NCBI GenBank assembly: GCA_030264375.1
Contig: JASCQW010000137.1
Coordinates: 26,031,114 to 26,095,113 of the forward strand
Length of the DNA: 64,000 nt
From: Carcharhinus longimanus
Lineage: Eukaryota
Reading direction: 5' to 3'
The position numbers were made by a program, and so were the translations under genes. The notes beneath the pieces were generated by a model, which searched no databases, was not told the origin of the DNA, and was given only the letters and a program-made list of their open reading frames with translations. The first letter of the stretch is position 1. The number at the start of each line of letters is the position of its first letter. Positions 49,264 to 60,443 of the stretch are shown one piece after another.

Positions 49264-52200
49264 CACGCAGACTGTATCATTTCTTTCCTTGTGGAATGTT
49301 GGAAGAATATCAGATAATGCATGAGATTAAAATCAACAGATTTCAGGTTTGCTTTGTGTGTGACAAGGGGTTGGCTGGTGAAACAGATGTTTTCACAAAG
49401 AACAAAGAGTGAGCTTGACTGAAATGGTTCCTATTCTGAAGATATCCAGTTCAGCAAGACATTAAATCCAAATGCTGTGTGGTACAGCCAAAATATTTTA
49501 AACATCAAAGCAAAACCCGTACTCTTTTCCAATACACTACACATTATAGTGATGCTTTTGCTTTTTGGAGANNNNNNNNNNNNNNNNNNNNNNNNNNNNN
49601 NNNNNNNNNNNNNNNNNNNNNNNNNNNNNNNNNNNNNNNNNNNNNNNNNNNNNNNNNNNNNNNNNNNNNNNTTCTACCACTTGAAAAATGATGGACAGCC
49701 ACGGTGTAATGTTTATAAGACCTTCTACTGTAACCAAATTACAAGTAGCCTGCCCTTGTGGAACTGAAGTACAGGTAGAGGCAAGTCGAACCCGAGTTGG
49801 GTACAGTTCATCATTTAAAGCCATACACATTTATTCCTCATGCCTGCACTTTCCAAGTACATTTCATATTTTTCCTTCTCAAATGGTTACTTGATTCTTT
49901 TTAATACTTCTCTAAAGTAAGCATCACTTCTCAGCCCTCCATATTTAAATACTCGAAGTGAAAATATTTCTTACATTTTCCTTCTTTATTCTTCCAGCAA
50001 TGGTTATATTGCTTTATTTCTTGGATTTTTAGAAAAAATTGCTGAGGAGATATCTTAAACGTACATGCGAAAATTAGGAAAGCAATGATGCTGTTGCCAA
50101 CATTATTACCTACTGGTACTGCAACTGCCAAGAGCAAACATTTTAAAACCTGCCATCTGGTCTATCCTCTCTTTAAGGCAACGGTTGCTGGAGTTAGTGA
50201 TGGTTAAAACAAGATGGAACCCAGCACCCTAAAATGCCATTTGCTGCATACAGTTATAATCTAACTGGGGAAAGTCAAGTCTGATGAACAGAAATATATG
50301 CTCCCCATGGTCAAATCTGAACCAATGAGGTGATGCAACACCACCTGTTGTGCCAAACATTATTTTTCCAGTCAGTGTCCGTTAGTGGTTCCGGTCCTTC
50401 ACCATCACTTGATGGAACACTGGGAATCCCTGCCTTTTTGGACACCCAGTGGTGCTTTATGGCCATTTTCTCAGCAAAGGACCTTATCTGAAATTTGACT
50501 GGGTGTGTTGAAATAAGCCAAGCTCAAACACTGTCACCGGCTGTTGTGACTCCACTATAAACATTAGCTCCTTTTGCAGAGAAGCCTCCAAGATGACAAC
50601 AGCAGAGGCAATTAATGACAATGAAAATTGACGACGGTCAGCTGGGGTTAAAATGCATTGGAACAGTTGGCTGTACCAGTTTCTGTCTAGCTATTGTCTT
50701 AGTTACCTCAAGATGGTTCCAAAGTTGCCTTATCCATTGGCTGCTGGATTTCACTGGCATGAAAATATTATTTCGCCCCTGCGTTTTCTTTTTTCACTGC
50801 GAGACCAAATGATCAGGAGTATAGGTGAGAATATGTTTTGGTCTGCTGAGTCCCAGTTTATCTTCTGCTGCTTTAGCGCTTTGAAGTCACTTCTTCTGAT
50901 TTCTTACCTTTGTCAGCTGTGGCATTGCCAATGGTGCCTTTCATTACCCTGCTGTCCGCAGTCCGCCTTTACAGCCAACCTACGCACCCCAGATATTGAG
51001 ATGATGTTCCTTCAGTATCTTAATTATACATACTTATCTATACAGGTGTAATGCAAATATAATGACTTTGGTGCCAAATTGCTGACCCATGCTAATTCAT
51101 CCAGACTAATTCAAATGCCAGAACAGGTTGTTCAGCTGGTTGGGTGCCTGACTGCACTACATTCCCTCTGTCTCACCTCTCTGACGCATACACAATAACA
51201 ATGGACCTCTTCCAACATATTTTGTGAACACACTGATAAAGATGCCGATCTTGGACTTTAATCACCTATCTAATTTACAAAGACTCAGGCAACAGAAAAA
51301 GCAGATTCTAGTCTTGGGTTCAGAGTAATGTTTGAGATTCTAGAAAAACAAACGGAATTCTAAGATTTCTCTCGTTATGTACCTGACCTATCACCCAATA
51401 CAGAAGATATTATATATTCGTTCAGAGATTCAGCGGAATCTACCACCCGTGCTCTAGCCACCAATTACAAAAGGTTAGTCAAGTGAACAAACCACGTCCC
51501 ATCTTTTTACAATTTAAGAATATCTAGGATCCAAGCAATGAATACATTTTTGTCCTTTTCATCAGTTAATTGAATTAAATGTCGTGGCAACAAGATTAAT
51601 AATGGCCCAATGGGGTTCGACATCTAAAATCTGTTAAATAATCTATTTGAAACGAACCTTCGGAGTAATAAAAACCAGCAACAATGTAAGAAATAAAATA
51701 GGACAGATTCTTGTTCAATATAAAGATAAACCAAAGACAGAACCTTTTAGGCCGCAATGCAACATGGTTGAGACCTATTTCCAGCAAGAGAGAATTGCTT
51801 GGTGCAAGCCCTTGGCCCCTTACTGTTTTCTTTAAACTTTTCGTATGATTTGAGCAATTTATATTTGCGCAGCTATAAGTGACAGATGCTTTTATTATCA
51901 GTTAGACATGTCTGCCTCAGATGACTACAGACACAGTCTATTGTTGAAACAGGTTACACCCTAACTGGTTATTCAGACTCAAATTTCTACACCCATCACA
52001 AATAATGCACAAAACGTGCAACGAAACTATAACCATAACACAACTGAGAATAAAATCTGTGTTACAAATTAATGCGAATAAACTATTGGTTGACTTGCAC
52101 TGAAACAGAAAATATGGATCAAATAAAGATTTTTCATCTCTGGTTCAGCTGCCATAGGTTAATGCTGTCTACCAATCTCACTCTCTTTTATAACTTGATA

Positions 52201-52363
52201 TCAGGTTTTAAGAAGGCAAGTAACATGAGTGAAACATAAAATTAGATGACACACAGTGACACACCCAGAGAATTAAGTGCAAGACACCTCCCATTCTTCG
52301 AATTTATTTCTTCCAGAGCAAGATTCTGCATTTATTTTCACTTTTTAAACAACAAATGAAATG

Positions 52364-52668
52364 TCGGCAGCACGGTGGTTAGCACTGCTGCTTCACAGCC
52401 CCAGGGACCTGGTTTCAATTCTAGCCTCAGTGCGGAGTTTGCATGTTCCCCCCGTGCCTATGTGGGTTTCCTCTGGGTGCTCCGGTTTCCTCCCACAATC
52501 CAAAAATGTGCAGGTTAGGTTGATTGGCCATGCTAAATTGCCTCTTCGTGTCAGGGGAACTAGCAGGGTAAATACATGGGGTTAGGGGGATAGGATCTGG
52601 GTGGGATTGTGGTCTGTGCAAATTTGATGGGCCAAATGGCCATCTTCTGATCTATGGGAATTCTATGA
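52364..52668 (+). mobile_element. HE1-like V-SINE with CR1-type tail
   Basis: CGGCAGCACGGTGGTTAGCACTGCTGC...GGGTTTCCTCTGGGTGCTCCGGTTTCCTCCCACAATCC...GAATTCTATG. Confidence 0.9.
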
Positions 52669-52774
52669 AAGCTATGGATTAAAGTTTTAATCTTACAGCA
52701 AGATACAAGGGCTGCTTCAGCTGCTCCACTGTAACAGTCAAAGCACTCCTGTGATAGTTCATTATAGGTTTGGC

Positions 52775-52890
52775 AATACTGCAAGGAGAGTGGGCCTAGG
52801 TTGGATGCTCTTTCAGAGGGTTGGTGCAGATCCGATTGGCTGAATGGCTTCCTTCTGCACTGTCGGGATTCTATGGTTCTATGGTATGGT
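52775..52890 (+). mobile_element. HE1/CR1 3' tail fragment
   Basis: GATGCTCTTTCAGAGGGTTGGTGCAGA...CCTTCTGCACTGTCGGGATTCTATGGTTCTATGG. Confidence 0.75.
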
Positions 52891-54479
52891 TGGTTCTCAG
52901 CCAATTGGGCTGAAAAAGAATCCAAGCTGAATTTTTTTTTTTTGCTAGCTTTCTTGACAAAAACTCTGGAATTCCAATAAGAAAATGAGGAATAATGACA
53001 TAGTCCGCTCAAGAAAGATTCAGGATTGGTTCAACCTGATCAAAGCAAACATCTTGAGCTGGGCTTGATCTTTGCCCTCACACTTTACTCAGTGAACAGG
53101 CCATGGACTCCCTCTGCTGGAGGAATCATTGAACAGATTAGGGAAGCTGGGTGTGGAGGCTCTGGACATTTCACAGTAACGTTATTCATCAGATGACAAA
53201 AACACAGTGTTCCCATTAAGAATGGCAGAGAAAATCTTGACAGGTATTCCAACTGACTCTTAGCACAGTTGCCGTGCTTAAGCGTCACTAAATGATTCTC
53301 AGATATCAATGTCCAGTTCCAAAATGGACCACATAACGTGGACAAGTAGAGTATGGGGCAATTGCAATGAATGCTCACAGTACTTGGAAACAATGGCTCT
53401 CATTCTCTAGTCATATCAGAATGACTGAAGCATTTTTATCATAAATTGTCATGCACCTGGAGGACATTGGAGTACAACTCAGAACACGTTACATTACATT
53501 GGCCTTGCTACTGATCTAGGCAATCTGGAGTATGATGTGTTACTCTGGTTATCCTCCCTCCAAGTGAATAAGAATGCATTGAAAATAGTTCATTGGGTGG
53601 ATTCAGATCTTACTAAATTACAAAAGAGATTGTAAGTGGAAGAGTGACTAACATGAGGGAAAGCCAGACATAATTCAGATCTTTTCAATAATGAAATTTA
53701 TTGATATGGTTGGAATAAACACGCTAAATAATTGGCTCATTGAGGTCAGGACCACGACAGACAAGAACAGAGGGACACACAAAATCCGTTCCCAGAAATG
53801 GTAATTAATTTTGGGTCCACTGAAATCTTTCAGAAAGAGGGGTATTGATGATTGCAGATATTTACAAAGAGGGGGGGGGTTTGAGGCAAGGCCAGAGGCA
53901 AAAGGGTGTGGTCTGGCTGGTAAGTGTATCCCAATGGCATGAGGCCACAGTCCTAGGGAACAAACCTTACCAAGTGAGGGCAGGGTTTGGGAAATGGGTA
54001 AAGAGGCCTGTGATCTGTATGGTGAGCAGATTACAGGCTCCTTTAAAAAGGGGCTTGTGGACTTGTGGGGAGGGGGCGGGGGAAGCAATCCTGCTCATCC
54101 TGGCCCAGAATGCGTGCTGGAACAAGCAATCATCAGTGAAGAACCTGGGGGATGATTTTCTGACTGTCCGATGGATGAAGGATTGAGAATAAGATTTCCT
54201 GTAACCCTCACATCTGTGGGGAAATTCCCTCCTTTAGTCTGCTTTAGATAAGGGAGATCAACAGGTGGGTGGAATGAAGAATATGTTGTACATGGAGAGG
54301 TGGGTCAAATGGCCTTTCCTCACTTTTCTAAAGTCCGTAACCTGCAGGATCCACTTATGGAATATATTTTTTGGCAAATACAGTCCATTGACTTAGAACG
54401 GAAATGTAAACAGTAAACTGTATTGACCTGGAATTCTGCAGGAAAAACATGTAAATTTGAATCTCCCGAAGAGAATGGG

Positions 54480-55830
54480 AAAGATCCAAAAACAAATGCC
54501 CATTTAGCAGGTGATCCGATGAAAGAGACAAAGTGTGCAGTCAGGGTGTGAACAGCCAATTAGAACGATTGATCCGGACACGGACATGTCTGAAAGATAT
54601 GCTAATTGCCTTTGCGACTCGAGTTCCCTGTGTGTCCCCTTTTCTCTAATTCTCCCAGTTGGCGCTGTAATTAACTCTGCAATCCTTAACTGGAGGACAG
54701 TTTGGAGGGGGTGCACTGATGAAGTTATCAAACTCCCTCAGGAAAAATCAAAGCTGTGACTGATGTAATATTGTTATATTTTGAAAATTGGCTTTGGCTC
54801 TTTGCCTTAATATTTGATACCGAGTAGCACAAGTCAACTGAATGCTCAAGAGAGTTTCAGGATGCAGCAGACATATAAATATTTGTGACAAAAAGTGTAT
54901 GCACCACGCCCCCCCTCCCCAACCCCACACTATTATCTTGGGACTTGTGCATGAAAAAGCATTATTTATTTAAGTTACCTTGCTTAACTGAGTGGGTCCT
55001 GATAAAACAGATTCGTAGTGTGTGATTTGTCGAGATGCTGTATTCACTGATGCACAGCACAGCATGTGGCCTTGGCTACACTGAATGATAACGGTCGTGC
55101 TTTCACAAAGCAACTTTTTGCTTGAATTCTACATTGTTCAACATTTTGTTCAAACTTAGTCAGCAGCGTGTCAGAGCTTGCCCAAAACAGGGGACACGGT
55201 GGAGAGAGAGCAGACATGAAATTAGCTCGCCGATGCTATCATAGCAGCAGCGGTGAGCATCATTAATCAGTCAGTTCAATTATCCAGTTGCCGAACTTGG
55301 CCTTTAGCTACTGAGATTGACAACGGTGTCATAACTAAATTAGACCTCTACAGCAGCAAAGAATGACGGCAATTTTACAACGGAACAATGATTCGGCGAC
55401 TAAATTAGACCTCTTATTGCAGAAGTGGAGCACTCTTGCACCAAAAACTGATATCTGCGGGAGAAACTGAACAATACTGTGCCCGAATCTGTTTAATCCT
55501 GAGCACAGGGATCGACAACGATTTTACACAGGAAGCGAATCTCCAGCAGCAGCGACTGAATTTCATACTTCAACAGAATTTGGCACCAGCAGGGACCGAG
55601 AATGATTTGGTAATTTAATTAGGCCTCGTGAAGCAGGGACGAGCAATGATTTCGTCCCAGAACTGGACTCCTAACATCAGGGGTGGACTAACAAACACGC
55701 CGGCACGAACCCGAGCGGCAACTTTATTGCTGGGCTATCGCTAATTTATTGGTACAAAAAATTCAGACGGCTTATCACAGGACAACATTCCCCTGCATGT
55801 TATGCAGAAAGAATCCATAAAGAGCTGGTG
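54480..55830. promoter_or_regulatory. Candidate conserved non-coding regulatory block containing a cryptic periodic array
   Basis: No recognisable transposon. Roughly 28 CpGs in 55161-55770 by manual count, far above the flanks. Many TAATT/TAAATTA motifs. Confidence 0.45.
55270..55700. repeat. Degenerate ~42-45 bp tandem array (~9 units)
   Basis: Exact 16-mer ACTAAATTAGACCTCT at 55334 and 55399. AGCAGGGAC...AATGATTT at 55588 and 55632. CAA(T/C)GAT-like anchors at 55277, 55321, 55386, 55472, 55516, 55600 and 55644. Confidence 0.6.
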
Positions 55831-56669
55831 TCTGCAGACTAATGTAGATAAAGTGGGTACTTTGTGTAAATTAAACTAGTGAACAGATGCTATTTGATTA
55901 AATACAATTCAATGAATGTGTAAAAGCATCAATTCTGTACCAGGCAGCATTTTTCCCATTATTCAGCCAAACATTATGAGTCCCGTTTGTACCCGTGTCG
56001 CACAGGCATAAAGCCAATCCCCTCTCTCATCACCTTTACCTTCACAGACGGTTTCCAGTGTCCATGTGCTGCCAGGATGCACAGAATTATGAGAACTTAG
56101 TTCCAGATTACAGTATCGATTGCGTTCAGTAAAATCTCAATTAGAGTCTGATAACAGCAGCCGGAATCACAGAGTTCACTGCAGAACATCAGCAGGAAGA
56201 TTGATTGGCATCCAGAGACACTCAGCCAGGTGGATAGAAGGTAAGAGTTATGATCGGGTCATGAAGGATACGGACAATACAACTTAACCAAAACATTAAT
56301 TAAAATGGATGCTTTGAGCACCGAATACGCTTTTCAGTTTTCACTTCACATAAATATCAAAACAAATCTGGAAAGATTGCACTATTGTAACCTAGCAACA
56401 GGAATCTACCAAAGCAGAATTGCATGCATTTCTGAGCAAATGCAGAATAGGAGTAACATTACAAAATTTAAGTGAACTATTTTAAGTGTACCCAGTTCCT
56501 GCACAGTAATATAAATAAAATCTAGCCGTCATCCTGAATGAACACATCTGGCAGAAAGTCCCCATCAGAATGTTTGATTGAGGAGACTGAAATTAAGATA
56601 AACATTATCGGTGACAATTTTTACCGGAAAACAAATCCTGAGATCAATGGAGAAAGGCCGTGTCTTCAT

Positions 56670-56885
56670 NNNNNNNNNNAAGAGTTGTGAATCTGTGGAA
56701 TTCCCGGCCCGGTGCTGCAGTTGAGGCTACCTCATTGAATGTTGTGTTTAAGGCAAGGATTATGGTGAGAGGGCGGGTAAGTGGAGCTGAGTCCACGGAA
56801 AGATCAGCCATGATCTTATTGAATGGCAGAGCAGGCTCGAGGGGCCAGATGGCCTACTCCTGCTTCTAGTTCTTATGTTCTTATC
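56670..56885 (+). mobile_element. CR1 3' end
   Basis: RVVNLWNS.P..AVEATSLNV.FKA, plus tail GGCCTACTCCTGCTTCTAGTTCTTATGTTCTTAT. Confidence 0.85.
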
Positions 56886-57523
56886 TTGATCTTGTTCCAA
56901 CAAAATTTAAAATGTCCTGAAATAGAGTGGAAAAAACAGTTCAGTTCTAGTGTTGACTGATTCAATGCAGAACAGGTTCAGTGGCTGAACCTTCAGTACA
57001 AACTCAATTCAGTGGAAGCTGGCTCCTGGGAATCATACAATCATAGATGGTCTAGGCCCTTGGGACTTAGGTTGACTCTGAGTTATATCACTGCTTTAGC
57101 ATGACTGCAAATTTAAATAAGCTTTGAATTACTGTTACTTATGTGGAATATTACTGAATGTCTCCATATAATCCACATCCATTCATAGTTCTAGTTACTT
57201 CCTTAGAAAAATTAAAGTAGATTCATTAGACGTGACTTACGCTTTACAAATCCAACTTGCCTCTCAAGTGCTTCATCACCCTGCCCTTACTTATAGGTTC
57301 CAGTAACTTTGAGAACCGATGTTTGATTAATGGGCGTATAGTTTCCCTGAGTGAAATTTACTGTTTCAGGCCCAAGACCCAAACTTGAATCCAATAGCTG
57401 CCCCTAGGGGTGGGAAATGAGGATATTGTCCTCTGTTGGAAAACACACAAATGCACAATGCTGGGCTCATTAATTATGCAGCCTGGGGTCTCCCAACTGC
57501 ACACACTGCTATCATACCCACAG

Positions 57524-57970
57524 GAGGTATGGTAGCACAATGGCTAGCACTGCTGCCTACAGTGCCAGGGACCCGGCTTCCATTTCCGGCTTGGGTCACT
57601 GTCTGTGTGGAGTTTACATATTCTCCCCATGTCTGCGTGGGTTTCCTCTGGGGACTCTGGTTTCCTCCCACAGTAGTCAAGCTAAAATTCTCCCTCAGTG
57701 TACCCGAACAGGTGCCAGAGTGTGGCGATGAGGGGATTTTCACAGTAACTTCACTGCAGTGTTAATGTANNNNNNNNNNNNNNNNNNNNNNNNNNNNNNN
57801 NNNNNNNNNNNNNNNNNNNNNNNNNNNNNNNNNNNNNNNNNNNNNNNNNNNNNNNNNNNNNNNNNNNNNTACCCTAACAAGCGCTGGAATATGGCGATGA
57901 GGGGATTTTCACAGTAACTTCACTGCAGTGTTAATGTAAGCCTACTTGGGACACTAATAAATATACCTTA
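57524..57970 (+). mobile_element. HE1-like V-SINE with alternative tail (tail repeated across a gap)
   Basis: GGTAGCACAATGGCTAGCACTGCTGCC head; tail GGGGATTTTCACAGTAACTTCACTGCAGTGTTAATGTAAGCCTACTTGGGACACTAATAAA. Confidence 0.85.
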
Positions 57971-58018
57971 AAAATACCTAATTTAAAAGGCACCCGGACA
58001 GATATCCTATGCTTAACT

Positions 58019-59930
58019 ATGGACCAGGACATGGAACGCAGAACCCAAGTAGCAGCACCCAGATGCAGCAATGCTGCGCCTAATGTACTGTTGATCATAG
58101 ATGAGAGGAGGGATATCCTCGCTCTGAGGGACAGAAAGAGGATACCTGCCCAACTCATCATCTCTGCATAGGAGACAGTTGCCAAGGTGATGTGTGCCGA
58201 TTGCATTCACCAGAAGGCAGCTCTGCAGTGCAGGAAAAGGATGAATGAGCTTATCCAAGCAGCCAGTGTAAGTGAACCCTTCACTCCACACACACCTCTC
58301 ACCAAATGGGAGCACAGACATGGGCCTCAGTGGCAAGGCCATCATCTGTGCTGCCCAATCATAAGAGTTTCTGAACTCAAATGTGGCAATGCCTCATTGT
58401 GTGGACTGCAGTCCACACAGTCTGCAGGTAGCGAGGCAACTGTGGGTCTTTGACCATGCAACACAAAGCCCATATTGTATTTGGGGGGTTTGGCATTGAG
58501 GCAGCAACTCATTGCTGATGCTATATCTCTGTCAATCTTATCCTTCTACGTGCATGAGCTCACCACTCTGCAGGGTGCTGTCAAAGAATCCTTGTGAACT
58601 AACTGCAGTGCGTCCGTCACATAGCATACAGTAACCAGTGGGTCATTGCTAAAGACTGACATCCTGCAAATGCCATCTTCATCCCAATTGTTCTCACACC
58701 ACCATCGCTCCTTGCACAGGGTAAGTTAATGCACAACAGGCACAAGAGAGAAAGAGTAGTATAGGATATGGCTCCCTCTGACACCTCACCATTTGAAGAG
58801 TGGGTTGTCAAGTTGGTTCAGAAAGTTCACTTGCAGACAGTGAGGCCAGAGTCTTGACTCCATCCAGTCAGGAACTATGCTTGTTGCCTTGACACAGAAA
58901 CCTAAGGTCATGCTCGGTGCCATGCGGAGACAGGATATGGATATGCCGGCGTTGGACTGGGGTAAAACACAGTAAGAAGTCTGACAACACCAGGTTTAAG
59001 TCCAACCGATTTATTTGATAGTAAACTCACTAGCTTTCGGGGTNNNNNNNNNNNNNNNNNNNNNNNNNNNNNNNNNNNNNNNNNNNNNNNNNNNNNNNNN
59101 NNNNNNNNNNNNNNNNNNNNNNNNNNNNNNNNNNNNNNNNNNNCCTGAATCCAATAACTGCTCCAGACCCTAGAGGAGTAAGGAGGATGAGGATGCTAAA
59201 GATATTGCCCACCACCACAGTCACCTACTTTCTCCACCAGCCCACACAACTCAATGGCTACTGGATCTAATTCAAGGTCTCACACTCTAGTGGCCACCTC
59301 ACTGACACGTGTCCACAGCAGGAAGAAGCAGGGACAACCAAAGTCACCAACACTTAGAGGACTGCTGGAGAACAGACTTCAGCTAATTCAGAGTCACATG
59401 ATGAGCCTGTAGAGGAATGTTAGGTGGAAGTGTCACAGGCCCTCAGATTGACATGAGACAGAGGGCTCTGTCTACCTACTGGCTGATCAAGTGGTACTGA
59501 CACATGTGCACAGAAGTCTAAGGTTCAGATAAAGCCCAGTTTTTGGAGATGTGCATAGACTTGCACTCTGTCACTGTAGCCATGAGCGAGCATTTGCTAT
59601 GCAAGATGGGGATGGGGTACCTCAACCTCCCTCAGGTTCCTCTGTCTGTCAAGGTGCAGAGTGGACCCAAAGTGAGGAGAAGCATCAGGTGGACACCTCT
59701 GGTCCTCCACCCAGGACTCTGGACGATGCCTGGTGATTCCAATCCCCTTCTGAGTGGAGCCAGCCGGCCTCTGAAATCACCCCAGCAGCAGAAGACTCAA
59801 AAATAAGCCAGGTCCAGAGGATGCCTGGCAAAGTCAACAAAGGCAACAGGACATTACTGTGAACAGGCTACCTCCAGTTCTGCTGCAGATGTTGGGGAGG
59901 CACCTAAACACTGACAGGGAATGTAAGATA
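58019..59930 (+). pseudogene. Harbinger Myb/SANT-like DNA-binding protein gene, decayed and spliced
   Basis: Exon 1 (58019-58267) MDQDMERRTQVAAPRCSNAAPNVLL..DERRDIL...RKRIP...A*ETVAK...QCRKRMNELIQAAS, with TAG at the conserved Trp. Donor GTAAGT at 58268; acceptor CTTGCACAG at 58719 then GKLMHNR...SPFEE. C-terminal EQATSSSAADVGEAP at ~59860-59905. Confidence 0.75.
58935..59043 (-). mobile_element. Penelope pseudo-LTR arm running into a gap
   Basis: GATATGCCGGCGTTGGACTGGGGT...ACACCAGGTTTAAGTCCAAC...CTAGCTTTCGG; antisense gives an intact CCGAAAGCTAG hammerhead 3' box. Confidence 0.7.
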
Positions 59931-60443
59931 TCTAGCCCCCTAGCATTGCCTAAGGAGCAAAGTGGCAATGCCCATGGGGCACCCTGGCACTATCCACCAG
60001 GCAGGCAGTGCCAAGTGAACAGTGCCAGTGCAGGGGCAAATCCTCTGGGGTGCAGGAGTGGATTTTAGAAGAGGAGGTCGGTCTGCCGGGAGAAGGGCTT
60101 GCCCAGACATGTCCAGTGGCAGAAGGGGGTGTGATTGGGGCTGGGGAAATCGCATGGCTAGTGTGTGGGGTCGCAGGGCTGGCCAGCGATTGGGAGGCCA
60201 GCAATGCGGGGCTATTGCACGTGTGCTGATCTCCACTATGACAGATTAGCGTATGCACAGTAGCCCGCTCAGTGCTATGCTACCGGCCGCTCCAGCAGGA
60301 ATAGGCCCCGCCTATTGATTTAGAATAATATTCATGTTTGTGCACGCCGCAGTGCAGTGTGGGGGAGATTCAATTTGNNNNNNNNNNNNNNNNNNNNNNN
60401 NNNNAATTCAACACTTCACATTTTTCTTGGGAGAATCCCACCC

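Larger units (their letters stand above)
57350..60443 (+). mobile_element. Decayed PIF/Harbinger transposon (possibly composite) with nested SINE and Penelope insertions
   Basis: Contains a Myb-like gene. Right terminus GGGAGAATCCCACCC (60429-60443) abuts the Gypsy integrase. Left boundary uncertain. Confidence 0.5.

Noticed and set aside
55270-55700. CRISPR-array or repeat-protein interpretation of the periodic array
   Set aside because: Eukaryotic context, no invariant repeat with unique spacers, no cas genes. All frames contain stops and the period is not consistently a multiple of three.
57700-57937. Tandem duplication of a SINE tail
   Set aside because: The copies straddle a gap and may be two haplotypes or a mis-join; cannot be established from this sequence.
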